This document shows positions 24,753-36,300 of a stretch of DNA of 64,000 bases, piece by piece (positions within the stretch are counted from its first letter, which is position 1; the number at the start of each line of letters is the position of its first letter). This stretch comes from Amphiscolops sp. MND2022 (taxonomy: Eukaryota). The position numbers and the translations under genes were made by a program. The notes beneath the pieces were generated by a model. That model saw nothing but the letters and a program-made list of their open reading frames with translations. It searched no databases and was not told the origin of the DNA. The stretch covers positions 3,782,001-3,846,000 of the forward strand of contig OZ076410.1 of the NCBI GenBank assembly GCA_964187785.1, read 5' to 3'.

Positions 24753-25745
24753 ACAACACCATGAGTAAGCCTAATAAAAGCAGTCAGGTTGTAAATTTTG
24801 ATATTAACGTTAGTTAATCATGCTTTTTATGAAAACCTACAAATCGGCATAAAATGTCACTGCGAAAAGTCGACAATAAATCTCGAAATGACTCCAGAGC
24901 ACAAGTTGCAAAACTCGAATTTGAAATACTTTTCTCGTTCAAAAGTGGTTTTTTTATATAAAGTGAAAGTGCACCAAAAATACACTATATGCAACAGAAT
25001 AGACTAGTGTATGTGGACGTGAAGTATTTTCTGCGAAATATTTGTTGAAAAACTGTTCCTGAGGTTTTGAATTGATGAGCGCTATCAATTTGTTGTGAAA
25101 GTTCATTTGTGAAAATGTTTCCGGTTATTTTCTTCGTGGAGGCTCATACTATGGAGGAGTTATGGAGTTGTGAACGGGAATACATTTTAGATGAAACGAA
25201 TTGTTCTTAGGAAGTCACTGATGAGAAGTAGAAACTGATGACTCCTGTCAACATGTAATGATGTTGGCCTAAGAGCGGACGGAATTGTTCCATTTTGTAG
25301 CCTGATATATTTTTTAGTAATTTTAGATTATTTCAGAAGCGTTTCATTTGCTTAGCAATAGTGCGGGAATTTGCATTTCGGCCTAGTAGAGTAGGAAACG
25401 TATCTCCCGCGTAACATCCTCGGAACTCGAAGTTGAGTCTTGCGTCGTTGTTGATCAGCTCTATTAGCTGCGTGTTGTCAACCATTGTATATATTGGAGG
25501 TTTTGATATCCTCTCGGTTGCGATCAATGAGAACGATAGATCTTCTCATGTAAAGAAAATGAGGCGAAGCGGCTTTGATGTGGCTTTGGAGAATTTCAAC
25601 TCGAGACCCAACCGTGCGCCAGTGCGCTCGGGAGGAATCGTGTTGTCCTCGATGTGTTAGTCAGCAGTTAATTTGAAAACCAGACAGAAATGATTACCAG
25701 AATTGTCGAGAATTGTGCCGTTACCACCATGTTTTGAACCAAGCG
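24750..25745. repeat. Copy A (blocks X+Y) of the triplicated ~2-kb segment; contains the empty target site of the 18.4-kb transposon
   Basis: 24750-25320 matches 43300-43848 and 63700-64000; 25321-25745 matches 62244-62645; the junction TAGTAATTTTAGATT (25315-25329) is uninterrupted here. Confidence 0.9.
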
Positions 25746-26030
25746 CCTTGAGAGTGTAGTACTGTTGAATAAGACCGGACGACGTTATCATTTAGATGCA
25801 AAGGTGTCGCACCTGCGATTGATCTTTCACGGATGATTCGTGCAGTCTCAAGATCCAATTGTTGAAATTGGAAAGGGATTGCCTCAACATTGCCACCAAA
25901 GCTGGTTTCCGAAACCAAAAACAACACTAGTCGACTGATAGGAGCTCGGTTGAACATGTCTTCTCTGTAATACATGTTGACACCACTAGACATCAAAAAC
26001 GACACCACAGATTCAAAAAGACGAAAAGCA
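25333..26030 (-). pseudogene. Polinton/Maverick (adintovirus-like) relic: major capsid protein C-terminus overlapping the start of an adenain-like cysteine protease
   Basis: EDMFNRAPISRLVLFLVSETSFGGNVEAIPFQFQQLDL, NHFCLVFKLTAD, GARLGLELKFS and RSIVLIDRNRE resemble the Polinton MCP C-terminal half; MVDNTQLIELIN..FRGCYAGDTFPTL (starting ~25488) resembles the Polinton protease N-terminus. Frameshifted and truncated. Confidence 0.72.
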
Positions 26031-26637
26031 TGCAGACATTCAATCAATATTTGTTTTTGATGCAATAGTGCTTGTAAGAATTTTATACAAGTTTTTGAAG
26101 GGCCTGGAGAATACCCTGGTCAAGGGTATCATTCCTCCAGGCCCCCAAACACTCGTGGATCAGCCCGTGCTCGTGTTTGCGTATTTGCCAGAAGACAAAC
26201 ACATCCAGCACGGACTGAGTACTGGTTCCCTCAATGTAAGCTTGGATCCCCTGCAGCAGAAAAATTGTGAACTGTTGTTTTTGAGATAAAACTTCAACGA
26301 TAAAAAGCTCAGAAAAACAGAGAAGGAAAACATACCTCATCTCCACAAATCATTCTCAGAGTGTCGTATGTGTCACTGGAGACGTCGAGAACACACGAGG
26401 CCCTGCACCTCTTGTTCCCGACGCCCCAGGCGAAATGATCGATTTGATCGAGCTCTTGCCAACTGAGCATTTTTGCTAGAGCGAGTTTTGAGCTGAATGT
26501 GTCGAAACTAGGTTTTGCGATTTTTGAGCAAGGAATGAAGGGCTCCATTTTGATTCCTTGAGTGAATGCTTGAATTCCCTGCAGCAATGATTAGTGTATT
26601 AAACTTATTAAACTTATTAAATAGTTTCATATATTGA

Positions 26638-27471
26638 ATGGCAATGAGCTCAGACGAGGCTGTATCTTCGAGGAGACATGGATCTCAAACTGATATTGAA
26701 TCAGATCTTGATGGCAAGCCAAAGTCCTACTACCCAACTATGGAGGAGGTAATTGCCTGTGATCCCAGTATATTGGAGAAGCATCTCAAGAAAATGAATA
26801 AAGAAAACGTTTGCTGTCTTATTCGTGATCTTGTATCTCAATTGAAGATTATGCGAAAAAGTCTGGAACTGTCTAACAACAGAATGGATTCTTTGGACAA
26901 GTCCATGTCGCAACTTACCTCTGAAGTTCAGATGGTAAGTCAGCATCTGACAACCCATGATAATCATATAGAGGAAAAGATTGCCCCCCAGATAAAGTCA
27001 ACTTGTCCTTCCAATGCTCACTTGTTGCAGGTAAGAATCAGTGGGATACCGGAAAAAGTTGTTAGTTCAGATGAAAGGAACAAACAAGAAATGATCATCA
27101 CTCATGATCATTCTGCTATATCCGAAGTTTTTGAGAAATTAGGAGAGAAACCTGCTCTGAAGAACTTGCAGCGTTTGGGTAGGCGTGACACGAGTCGTGC
27201 GCGTCCCCGAACATTGCTGGTCACTCTTCACAGTGAATGGGAGGTTCGGAAAGTTCTGTCTAAAACTTACAAGCTGAAAGATGCATTTGCAGATAGGCAA
27301 ATTTTCGTCTCACCTGCCCTCAGTCCTAAAGACCAAACCATTGAAAGGAAACTACTGTTCACGCGAAGAAATCTAATAGCGTCTGGTGAAAACCGACAAG
27401 AAATCAAAATCAAGGACATGAAACTATATCTCAATGGTAAAGAAGTTCAACTACAGGAAACCGGTAAATGA
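26638..27471 (+). CDS. LINE ORF1p (coiled coil + RRM-like nucleic-acid-binding region), 277 aa
   Basis: Intact ORF; coiled-coil-like N-half then VRISGIPE, RLGR..RPRTLLVTL, IFVSPALS, typical of CR1/L2/Jockey-group ORF1. Confidence 0.85.
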   Translation: MAMSSDEAVSSRRHGSQTDIESDLDGKPKSYYPTMEEVIACDPSILEKHLKKMNKENVCCLIRDLVSQLKIMRKSLELSNNRMDSLDKSMSQLTSEVQMVSQHLTTHDNHIEEKIAPQIKSTCPSNAHLLQVRISGIPEKVVSSDERNKQEMIITHDHSAISEVFEKLGEKPALKNLQRLGRRDTSRARPRTLLVTLHSEWEVRKVLSKTYKLKDAFADRQIFVSPALSPKDQTIERKLLFTRRNLIASGENRQEIKIKDMKLYLNGKEVQLQETGK

Positions 27472-30379
27472 CTTGGCCCCTTGCAAGTTTTATCATTCAA
27501 TGTTCAAAATATTCTGACAATGGAAAGACGAACAGCTTTTGCCAATGCTATTAACGCTCTTGATTTTGATATTATCATGTTGACTGAGACATGGCTCTAC
27601 AGCAGTATTAAAAACCGTGAACTCCATCTGTCTCAGTTTGAAATCTATCGCGCTGAACGAAAATTGAGCAACAAAGGGGTCTCTCAACATGGCGGAGCCC
27701 TCATCGGTATCAGCACTTCAATTAAACAAGAATGGATAGACTTGAGTTGCTTGCCGAAGAGCATCATTGAATCTACTGTTGTGGTCAAGTGCTGGTCGGG
27801 TTCAACTTGCATCTTTGTCTGTTGCATTTACAATCCACCGCAGGATAGTTTTTATTGAATTCCCATCGACGACTTCAATAACCTTTTAGCCTTCATTTCG
27901 AATTCAACTTTCGACTTACTGTTTATCGGCGGTGACATCAATTTCCCTAAGACCGTATGGGGTACTGGATATAGTTCCGATCCCTATGAATTCTCGATTG
28001 TGGAGAAGCTGGATGAACTGAATTACTTTCAATTAGTCGACTTTCGCACTACGAAAACTAACACTTTAGATGTTCTTTTAACCAACAGACCTGAATTAGT
28101 GGACTCAGTTGCTGCAGACAATAAACTATACCAACTTTATCCAATTTCCAATCATTTTCCTGTCCGATTTGAAGTTTCGATACCTAGAACTCAAGTCAAA
28201 AATGCACCCGAGTGGACATTCAGTTACTGTAATTGCGATTTCTCTTGGCTAGAAAGCCTCATAATTGGAAGCCCCTTCGAACCGTATTGCTACTCTGATA
28301 TAAATGTTATGGTCGAATTATGGTACGAATGGATATTCTCTCTTATCAAGGAGTGCACACCAGTAAGAAGTCAACACCGGCGTTGCCTGCCCCCTTGGGT
28401 TTCCAGTGCAACCTCCAACCGCCTCAACCGTTTGAAAACACTTCGCCGTAAATACGCCAGGAAACCTACTGAATCCTTGCGCAGCAAACTCGAGTCAGAA
28501 GAAAATGTTTGCAAAGAAATGGAAGACATCGATTTGGCGAATTACGAAGCGCGTCTATTTTCAACTAGAAACTCTCGAGGCATTTATAAGTACTTCAAAA
28601 GCTTACGTGGCTCAGATCTTCCGACAGTCTTGAGATGGAATGAAATTAAGGCCTTCGAAGATTACGATAAAGCCCAACTTCTGAATAGCTACTTTTGCAG
28701 TGTCCTCAATACTAAAGGAGCTACTCACTGGAGGGATACCTGTGACCCAGTTGAAAAGATTTTTCCCATTACAACTGAGGAAATTATTGCAGCAATATCG
28801 TCCTTGAGTGTTTCTAAAAGTAGGGGTCCTGATTCAGTTCCCCCAATTGTTTTCAAGTTGAAGCATGTTTTGGCACCATCTTTACGGAATATTTTCAAAA
28901 ATATGTCCCGGCTTAGGAAATTTCCAGAAGTTTGGAAGCAAGGCGTCATCAGTCCAATTTTCAAAGGTGAAGGTAGCAGAGCAGATGTTGAGAACTATAG
29001 ACCTGTGACTTTGCTGAATATTGCACCTAAATTGTTTGAACGGCTACTCTTCAAGTACTTATTTGGTATATTCAAATCTCATTGTGCTCCTTCGCAACAT
29101 GGATTTCTACCCCGACGATCAGCAATTCTGCAGTTACTAACATGGCTGGACTTCGTGTATAAGACATATTCTGACTCAGAAGCCACCATTGGTTTATGCT
29201 ATCTTGACTTCTCTAAAGCCTTCGATAAAATTGATCATGAGATCCTACTCATGAAAGTGTCTCGGTTGGGCGTATCTTCTGCGTTTCTTGGACTTCTAGA
29301 AAATTACTTGGACGGACGAATGCAGAGCTGTCAAGGTGAACAGATCGGTCTCAGTTTTGGAACCTGATACTTCAGGGGTTCCACAAGGATCCATTGTAGG
29401 CCCCTTGTTGTTTCTTCTTTATGCGAACGACCTACCTGATTCGGTCTTTTTCAGTATCTGTTTTTCTTATGCAGACGACTTGAAACTTCTTCACAATGAA
29501 CCAGACGTGAGCACTGGCAGGCTCCAGGAGGTTCTAAAAAGATTAGAAAATTGGTGTTCCTTCAATAAATTGTTCTTCAATGCAAAGAAATGTTTTTTCT
29601 TGAACGTTAGAAACTGCCCAATTAATCTCACCATCGGAGAGGAGGCAATGAAGTCCCCGGACTACGTTAAAGATCTCGGACTCATTACTAACGCAAAGTT
29701 ATCATGGACGAACCATATCGAATACAGAAACAAGAAAGCTCTTGGTTTTTATCAGTTTTGCCGGAGAAACACGTCGAGAACCCTGTCAATGCTCAACAAA
29801 CTGGATCTCTACAAGTCAACAATTCTTCATATTGTTCTTTATGCCAGCGAATGCTGGAACCCGTCAAAATCTGACTTGAGATTGTTAGAGAACTTCAATA
29901 AGAAATTGTTGAAATGGATTGTATCCCAGAAGTCGTATTCACAGGCCTTATGCTACTTGAACGTTCTTCCGATTCCTTACTTTCAAGTCCTTAAAGATCT
30001 ACTTACCTTATCCAGTATCCTGATCGGGAATTTTGATTGTCATATCTCCGACTTCGTAGAAATCAATCCTTCCAGTCGCGAGGGTCCCTTCATATTACCA
30101 AGTATTAGATACGAGCTGCAACGGTCCAATTACTGGTATCGTACATGCCATCGTGCGAATCTGATATGGAATAAAGTGTGTTTCTGGGAACCAGAAGGAC
30201 TAAAAGGAAGAATTCTGAACCTCATGTGGATTTATTTCAATAACTTTTTCAACGACCATTCAACCTGCACCTGGACTTTCATTTGTCTTTGTAACTTTTG
30301 TCGACTTCGAAACCTCATCTCTGAACTCCAGACTGTGTCATATTGGGAGAAATCCCTTCGCTTATGCGTAAATTCTTGA
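27472..30379 (+). pseudogene. LINE ORF2 (apurinic endonuclease + reverse transcriptase), with one premature stop and one frameshift
   Basis: APE motifs SFNVQN, LTETWL, YNPP, GDINF, LDVLLTN, SNH; RT motifs NYRPVTLL, QHGF, YLDFSKAFD, GVPQGS..GPLLF, YADD. TGA at 27856-27858 and a frameshift near 29330. Confidence 0.92.
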
Positions 30380-33300
30380 TAATAATAATAATAATATTGG
30401 TTTTTGCTTGAGTGTCAGTTTAGAGAAGCTTTGCAATTAAAATGCCCACCGGCCCCCAAACACGCGTGGATCAGCCCGTGCTGGTGTTTGCGTATTTGCC
30501 AAAAGACAAACACATCCAGCACGGACTGAGTACTGGTTCCCTCAATGTCATCCTGGATCCCCTGCAGCAGAAAAATAGTGAACTGTTGTTTTTGAGATAA
30601 AACTTCAACGATAAAAAGCTCAGAAAAACAGAATGGAAGACATACCTCATCTCCACAAAATCTCAGAGTGTCGTATGTGTCACTGGAGACGTCGAGAACA
30701 CACGAGGCCCTGCACCTCTTGTTCCTGACGCCCCAGGCGAAATGATTGATTTGATCGAGCTCTTGCCAATTGAGCATTTTTGCTAGAGCGAGTTGTTTTG
30801 AGCTGAATGTGTCGAAACTAGGTTTTGCGATTTTTGAGCAAGGAATGAAGGGCTCCATTTTGATTCCTTGGATGAATGCTTGGATTCCCTGCAGCAATGA
30901 ATAGTGAATTGTTTTTGCTTGAGTGTCAGTTTAGAGAAGCTTTGCAATTAAAATGCCCACAGGCCCGAAAACACGCATGGATCAGCGCGTGCTGGTGTTT
31001 GCGTATTTGCCAAAAGACAAACACATCCAGCACGGACTGAGTACTGGTTCCCTCAATGTAAGCTTGGATCCCCTGCAGCAGAAAAATTGTGAACTGTTGT
31101 TTTTGAGATAAAACTTCAACGATAAAAAGCTCAGAAAAACAGAGAATGAAAACATACCTCATCTCCACAAATCATTCTCAGAGTGTCGTATGTGTCACTG
31201 GAGACGTCGAGAACGCACGAGGCCCTGCACCTCTTGTTCCTGACGCCCCAGGCGAAATGACCGATTTGATCGAGCTCTTGCCAATTGAGCATTTTTGTTG
31301 GAGAGTTGTTTTGAGCTGAATGTGTCGAAACTAGGTTGTGCGATTTTTGAGCAAGGAATGAAGGGCTCCATTTTGATTCCCTGGATGAATGCTTGGATTC
31401 CCTGCAGCAATGAATAGTGTATTGGTTTTTGCTTGAGTGTCAGTTTGGAGAAGCTTTGCAATTAAAATGCCCACCGGCCCCCAAACACGCTTGGATCAGC
31501 CCGTGCTGGTGTTTGCGTATTTGCCAAAAAAGACAAACACATCCAGCACGGACTGAGTGCTGGTTCCCTCAATGTAAGCTTGGATCCCCTGCAGCAGAAA
31601 AATTGTGAACTGTTGTTTTTGAGATGAAACTTTAACGATAAAAAGCTCAGAAAAACAGAGAAGGAAAACATACCTCATCTCCACAAATCATTCTCAGAGT
31701 GTCGTATGTGTCACTGCAGACGTCGAGAACACACGAGGCCCTGCACCTCTTGTTCCCGACGCCCCAGGCGAAATGATCGATTTGATCGAGCTCTTGCCAA
31801 TTGAGCATTTTTGCTAGAGCGAGTTTTGAGCTGAATGTGTCGAAACTAGGTTTTGCGATTTTTGAGCAAGGAATGAAGGGCTCCATTTTGATTCCTTGGA
31901 TGAATGCTTGAATTCCCTGCAGCGATGATTAGTGTATTGGTTTTTGCTTGAGTGTCAGTTTAGAGAAGCTTTGCAATTAAAATGCCCACCGGCCCCCAAA
32001 CACGCGTGGATCAGCCCGTGCTGGTGTTTGCGTATTTGCCAAAAGACAAACACATCCAGCACGGACTGAGTACTGGTTCCCTCAATGTCATCCTGGATCC
32101 CCTGCAGCAGAAAAATAGTGAACTGTTGTTTTTGAGATAAAACTTCAACGATAAAAAGCTCAGAAAAACAGAATGGAAAACATACCTCATCTCCACAAAA
32201 TCTCAGAGTATCGTATGTGTCACTGGAGACGTCGAGAACACACGAGGCCCTGCACCTCTTGTCCCCGACGCCCCAGGCGAAATGATCGATTTGATCGAGC
32301 TCTTGCCAATTGAGCATTTTTGCTAGAGCGAGTTTTGAGCTGAATGTGTCGAAACTAGGTTTTGCGATTTTTGAGCAAGGAATGAAGGGCTCCATTTTGA
32401 TTCCTTGGATGAATGCTTGAATTCCCTGCAGCAATGATTAGTGTATTGGTTTTTGCTTGAGTGTCAGTTTAGAGAAGCTTTGCAATTAAAATGCCCACCG
32501 GCCCCCAAACACGCGTGGATCAGCCCGTGCTGGTGTTTGCGTATTTGCCAAAAGACAAACACATCCAGCACGGACTGAGTACTGGATCCCTCAATGTCAT
32601 CCTGGATCCCCTGCAGCAGAAAAATTGTGAACTGTTGTTTTTGAGATAAAACTTCAACGATAGAAAGCTCAGAAGAACAGAGAATGAAAACATACCTCAT
32701 CTCCACAAATCATTCTCAGAGTGTCGTATGTGTCACTGGAGACGTCGAGAACGCACGAGGCCCTGTACCTCTTGTTCCTGACGCCCCAGGCGAAATGACC
32801 GATTTGATCGAGCTCTTGCCAATTGAGCATTTTTGTTGAAGAGAGTTGTGTTGAGCTGAATGTGTCGAAATTAGGTTTTGCGATTTTTGAGCAAGGAATG
32901 AAGGGCTCCATTTTGATTCCTTGGATGAATGCTTGGATTCCCTGCAGCAATGAATAGTGAATTGTTTTTGCGTGAGTGTCAGTTTAGAGAAGCTTTGCAA
33001 TTAAAATGCCCACAGGCCCGAAAACACGCGTGGATCAGCGCGTGCTGGTGTTTGCGTATTTGCCAAAAGACAAACACATCCAGCACGGACTGAGTACTGG
33101 TTCCCTCAATGTAAGCTTGGATCCCCTGCAGCAGAAAAATTGTGAACTGTTGTTTTCGAGATAAAACTTCAACGATAAAAAGCTCAGAAAAACAGAGAAT
33201 GAAAACATACCTCATCTCCACAAATCATTCTCAGAGTGTCGTATGTGTCACTGGAGACGTCGAGAACGCACGAGGCCCTGCACCTCTTGTTCCCGATGCC

Positions 33301-36300
33301 CCAGGCGAAATGACCGATTTGATCGAGCGCTTGCCAATTGAGAATTTTTGTTGAAGAGAGTTGTTTTGAGCTGAATGTGTCGAAACTAGGTTTTGCGATT
33401 TTTGAGCAAGAAATGAACGGCTCCATTTTGATTCCTTGGATGAATGCTTGGATTCCCTGCAGCAATGAATAGTGTATTGGTTTTTGCTTGAGTGTCAGTT
33501 TGGAGAAGCTTTGCAATTAAATTGCCCACCAGCCCCCAAACACGCGTGGATCAGCCCGTGCTGGTGTTTGCGTATTTGCCAAAAAAGACAAACACATCCA
33601 GCACGGACTGAGTACTGGTTCCCTCAATGTAAGCTTAGATCCCCTGCAGCAGAAAAATTGTGAACTGTTGTTTTCGAGATAAAACTTCAACAATAAAAAG
33701 CTCAGAAAAACAGAGAATGAAAACATACCTCATCTCCACAAATCATTCTCAGAGTGTCGTATGTGTCACTGGAGACGTCGAGAACGCACGAGGCCCTGCA
33801 CCTCTTGTTCCCGATGCCCCAGGCGAAATGACCGATTTGATCGAGCGCTTGCCAATTGAGAATTTTTGTTGAAGAGAGTTGTTTTGAGCTGAATGTGTCG
33901 AAACTAGGTTTTGCGATTTTTGAGCAAGAAATGAAGGGCTCCATTTTGATTCCTTGGATGAATGCTTGGATTCCCTGCAGCAATGAATAGTGTATTGGTT
34001 TTTGCTTGAGTGTCAGTTTGGAGAAGCTTTGCAATTAAAATGCCCACCGGCCCCCAAACACGCGTGGATCAACCCGTGCTGGTGTTTGCGTATTTGCCAA
34101 AAAAGACAAACACATCCAGCACGGACTGAGTAATGGTTCCCTCAATGTAAGCTTGGATCCCCTGCAGCAGAAAATTGTGAACTGTTGTTTTTGAGACAAA
34201 ACTTCAACGATAAAAAGCTCAGAAAAACAGAGAATGAAAACATACCTCATTTCCACAAATCATTCTCAGATTGTCGTATGTGTCACTGGAGACGTCGAGA
34301 ACCACGAGGCCCTGCACCTCTTGTTCCCGACGCCCCAGGCGAAATGGCCGATTTGATCGAGCTCTTGCCAATTGAGCATTTTTGTTGAAGAGAGTTGTTT
34401 TGAGCTGAATGTGTCGAAACTAGGTTTTGCGATTTTTGAGCAAGGAATAAAGGGCTCCATTTTGATTCCTTGGATGAATGCTTGGATTCCCTGCAGCAAT
34501 GAATAGTGTATTGGTTTTTGCTTGAGTGTCAGTTTGGAGAAGTTTTGCAATTAAAATGCCCACCGGCCCCCAAACACGCGTGGATCAACCCGTGCTGGTG
34601 TTTGCGTATTTGCCAAAAAAGACAAACACATCCAGCACGGACTGAGTAATGGTTCCCTCAATGTAAGCTTGGATCCCCTACAGCAGAAAATTGTGAACTG
34701 TTGTTTTTGAGATGAAACTTTAACGATAAAAAGCTCAGAAAAACAGAGAAGGAAAACATACCTCATCTCCACAAATCATTCTCAGAGTGTCGTATGTGTC
34801 ACTGGAGACGTCGAGAACACACGAGGCCCCGCACCTCTTGTTCCTGACGCCCCAGGCGAAATGATCGATTTGATCGAGCTCTTGCCAATTGAGCATTTTT
34901 GCTGGAGCGAGTTGTTTTGAGCTGAATGTTTCGAAACTAGGTTTTGCGACTTTTGAGCAAGGAATGGAGGGCTCCATTTTGATTCCTTGGAATAATGCTT
35001 GGATTCCCTGCAGCAATGAATAGTGTATTGGTTTTTGCTTGAGTGTCAGTTTAGAGAAGCTTTGCAATTAAAATGCCCACCGGCCCCCAAACACGCGTGG
35101 ATCAGCCCGTGCTGGTGTTTGCGTATTTGCCAAAAGACAAACACATCCAGCACGGACTGAGTAATGGTTCCCTCAATGTAAGCTTGGATCCCGTGAAGCA
35201 GAAAAATTGTGAACTGTTGTTTTTGAGATAAAACTTCAACGATAAAAAGCTCAGAAAAACAGATAATGAAAGCATACCTCATTTCCACAAATCATTCTCA
35301 GAGTGTCGTATGTGTCACTGGAGACGTCGAGAACACACGAGGCCCTGCACCTCTTGTTCCTGACGCCCCAGGCGAAATGATCGATTTGATCGAGCTCTTG
35401 CCAATTGAGCATTTTTGCTAGAGCGAGTTGTTTTGAGCTGAATGTTTCGAAACTAGGTTTTGCGATTTTTGAGCAAGGAATGGAGGGCTCCATTTTGATT
35501 CTTTTGATGAATGCTTGGATTCCCTGCAGCAATGAATAGTGTATTGGTTTTTGCTTGAGTGTCAGTTTAGAGAAACTTTGCAATTAAAATTCCCACCGGC
35601 CCCCAAATACGCCTGGATCAGCCCGTGCTGGTGTTTGCGTATTTGCCAAAAGACAAACACATCCAGCACGGACTGAGTAATGGTCCCATCAATGTAAGCT
35701 TGGAACCCCTGCAGCAGAAAAATTGTGAACTGTTGTTTTTGAGATAAAACTTCAACGATAAGAAGCTCAGAAAAAAAAGAGAACGAAAACAAACCTCATC
35801 TCCACAAATCATTCTCAGAGTGTCGTATGTGTCACTGGAGACGTCGAGAACGCACGAGGCCCTGCACCTCTTGTTCCCGACTCCCCAGGCGAAATGACCG
35901 ATTTGATCGAGCTCTTGCCAGTTTAGGGTTTTTGTTAGAGCGAGTTGTTTTGAGCTGAATTTGTCGAAACTAGGTTTTGCGAGTTTTGAGCAAGGAATGA
36001 AGGGCTCCATTTTTATTCCTTGGATGAATGCTTGGATTCCCTGCAGCAATGAATAGTGTATTGGTTTTTGCTTGAGTGTCAGTTTAGAGAAGCTTTGCAA
36101 TTAAAATGCCCACCGGCCCCCAAACACGCGTGGATCAGCCCGTGCTGGTGTTTGCGTATTTGCCAAAAGACAAACACATCCAGCACGGACTGAGTAATGG
36201 TTCCCTCAATGTAAGCTTGGATCCCATGAAGCAGAAAAATTGTGAACTGTTGTTTTTGAGATAAAACTTCAACGATAAAAAGCTCAGAAAAACAGATAAT

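Larger units (their letters stand above)
26601..30394 (+). mobile_element. Near full-length non-LTR retrotransposon (CR1/L2-like LINE)
   Basis: ORF1 + APE-RT ORF2; (TAA)n tail at 30379-30394; inserted in a satellite unit with a possible 4-bp TSD TATT (26597-26600, 30395-30398). Confidence 0.93.
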
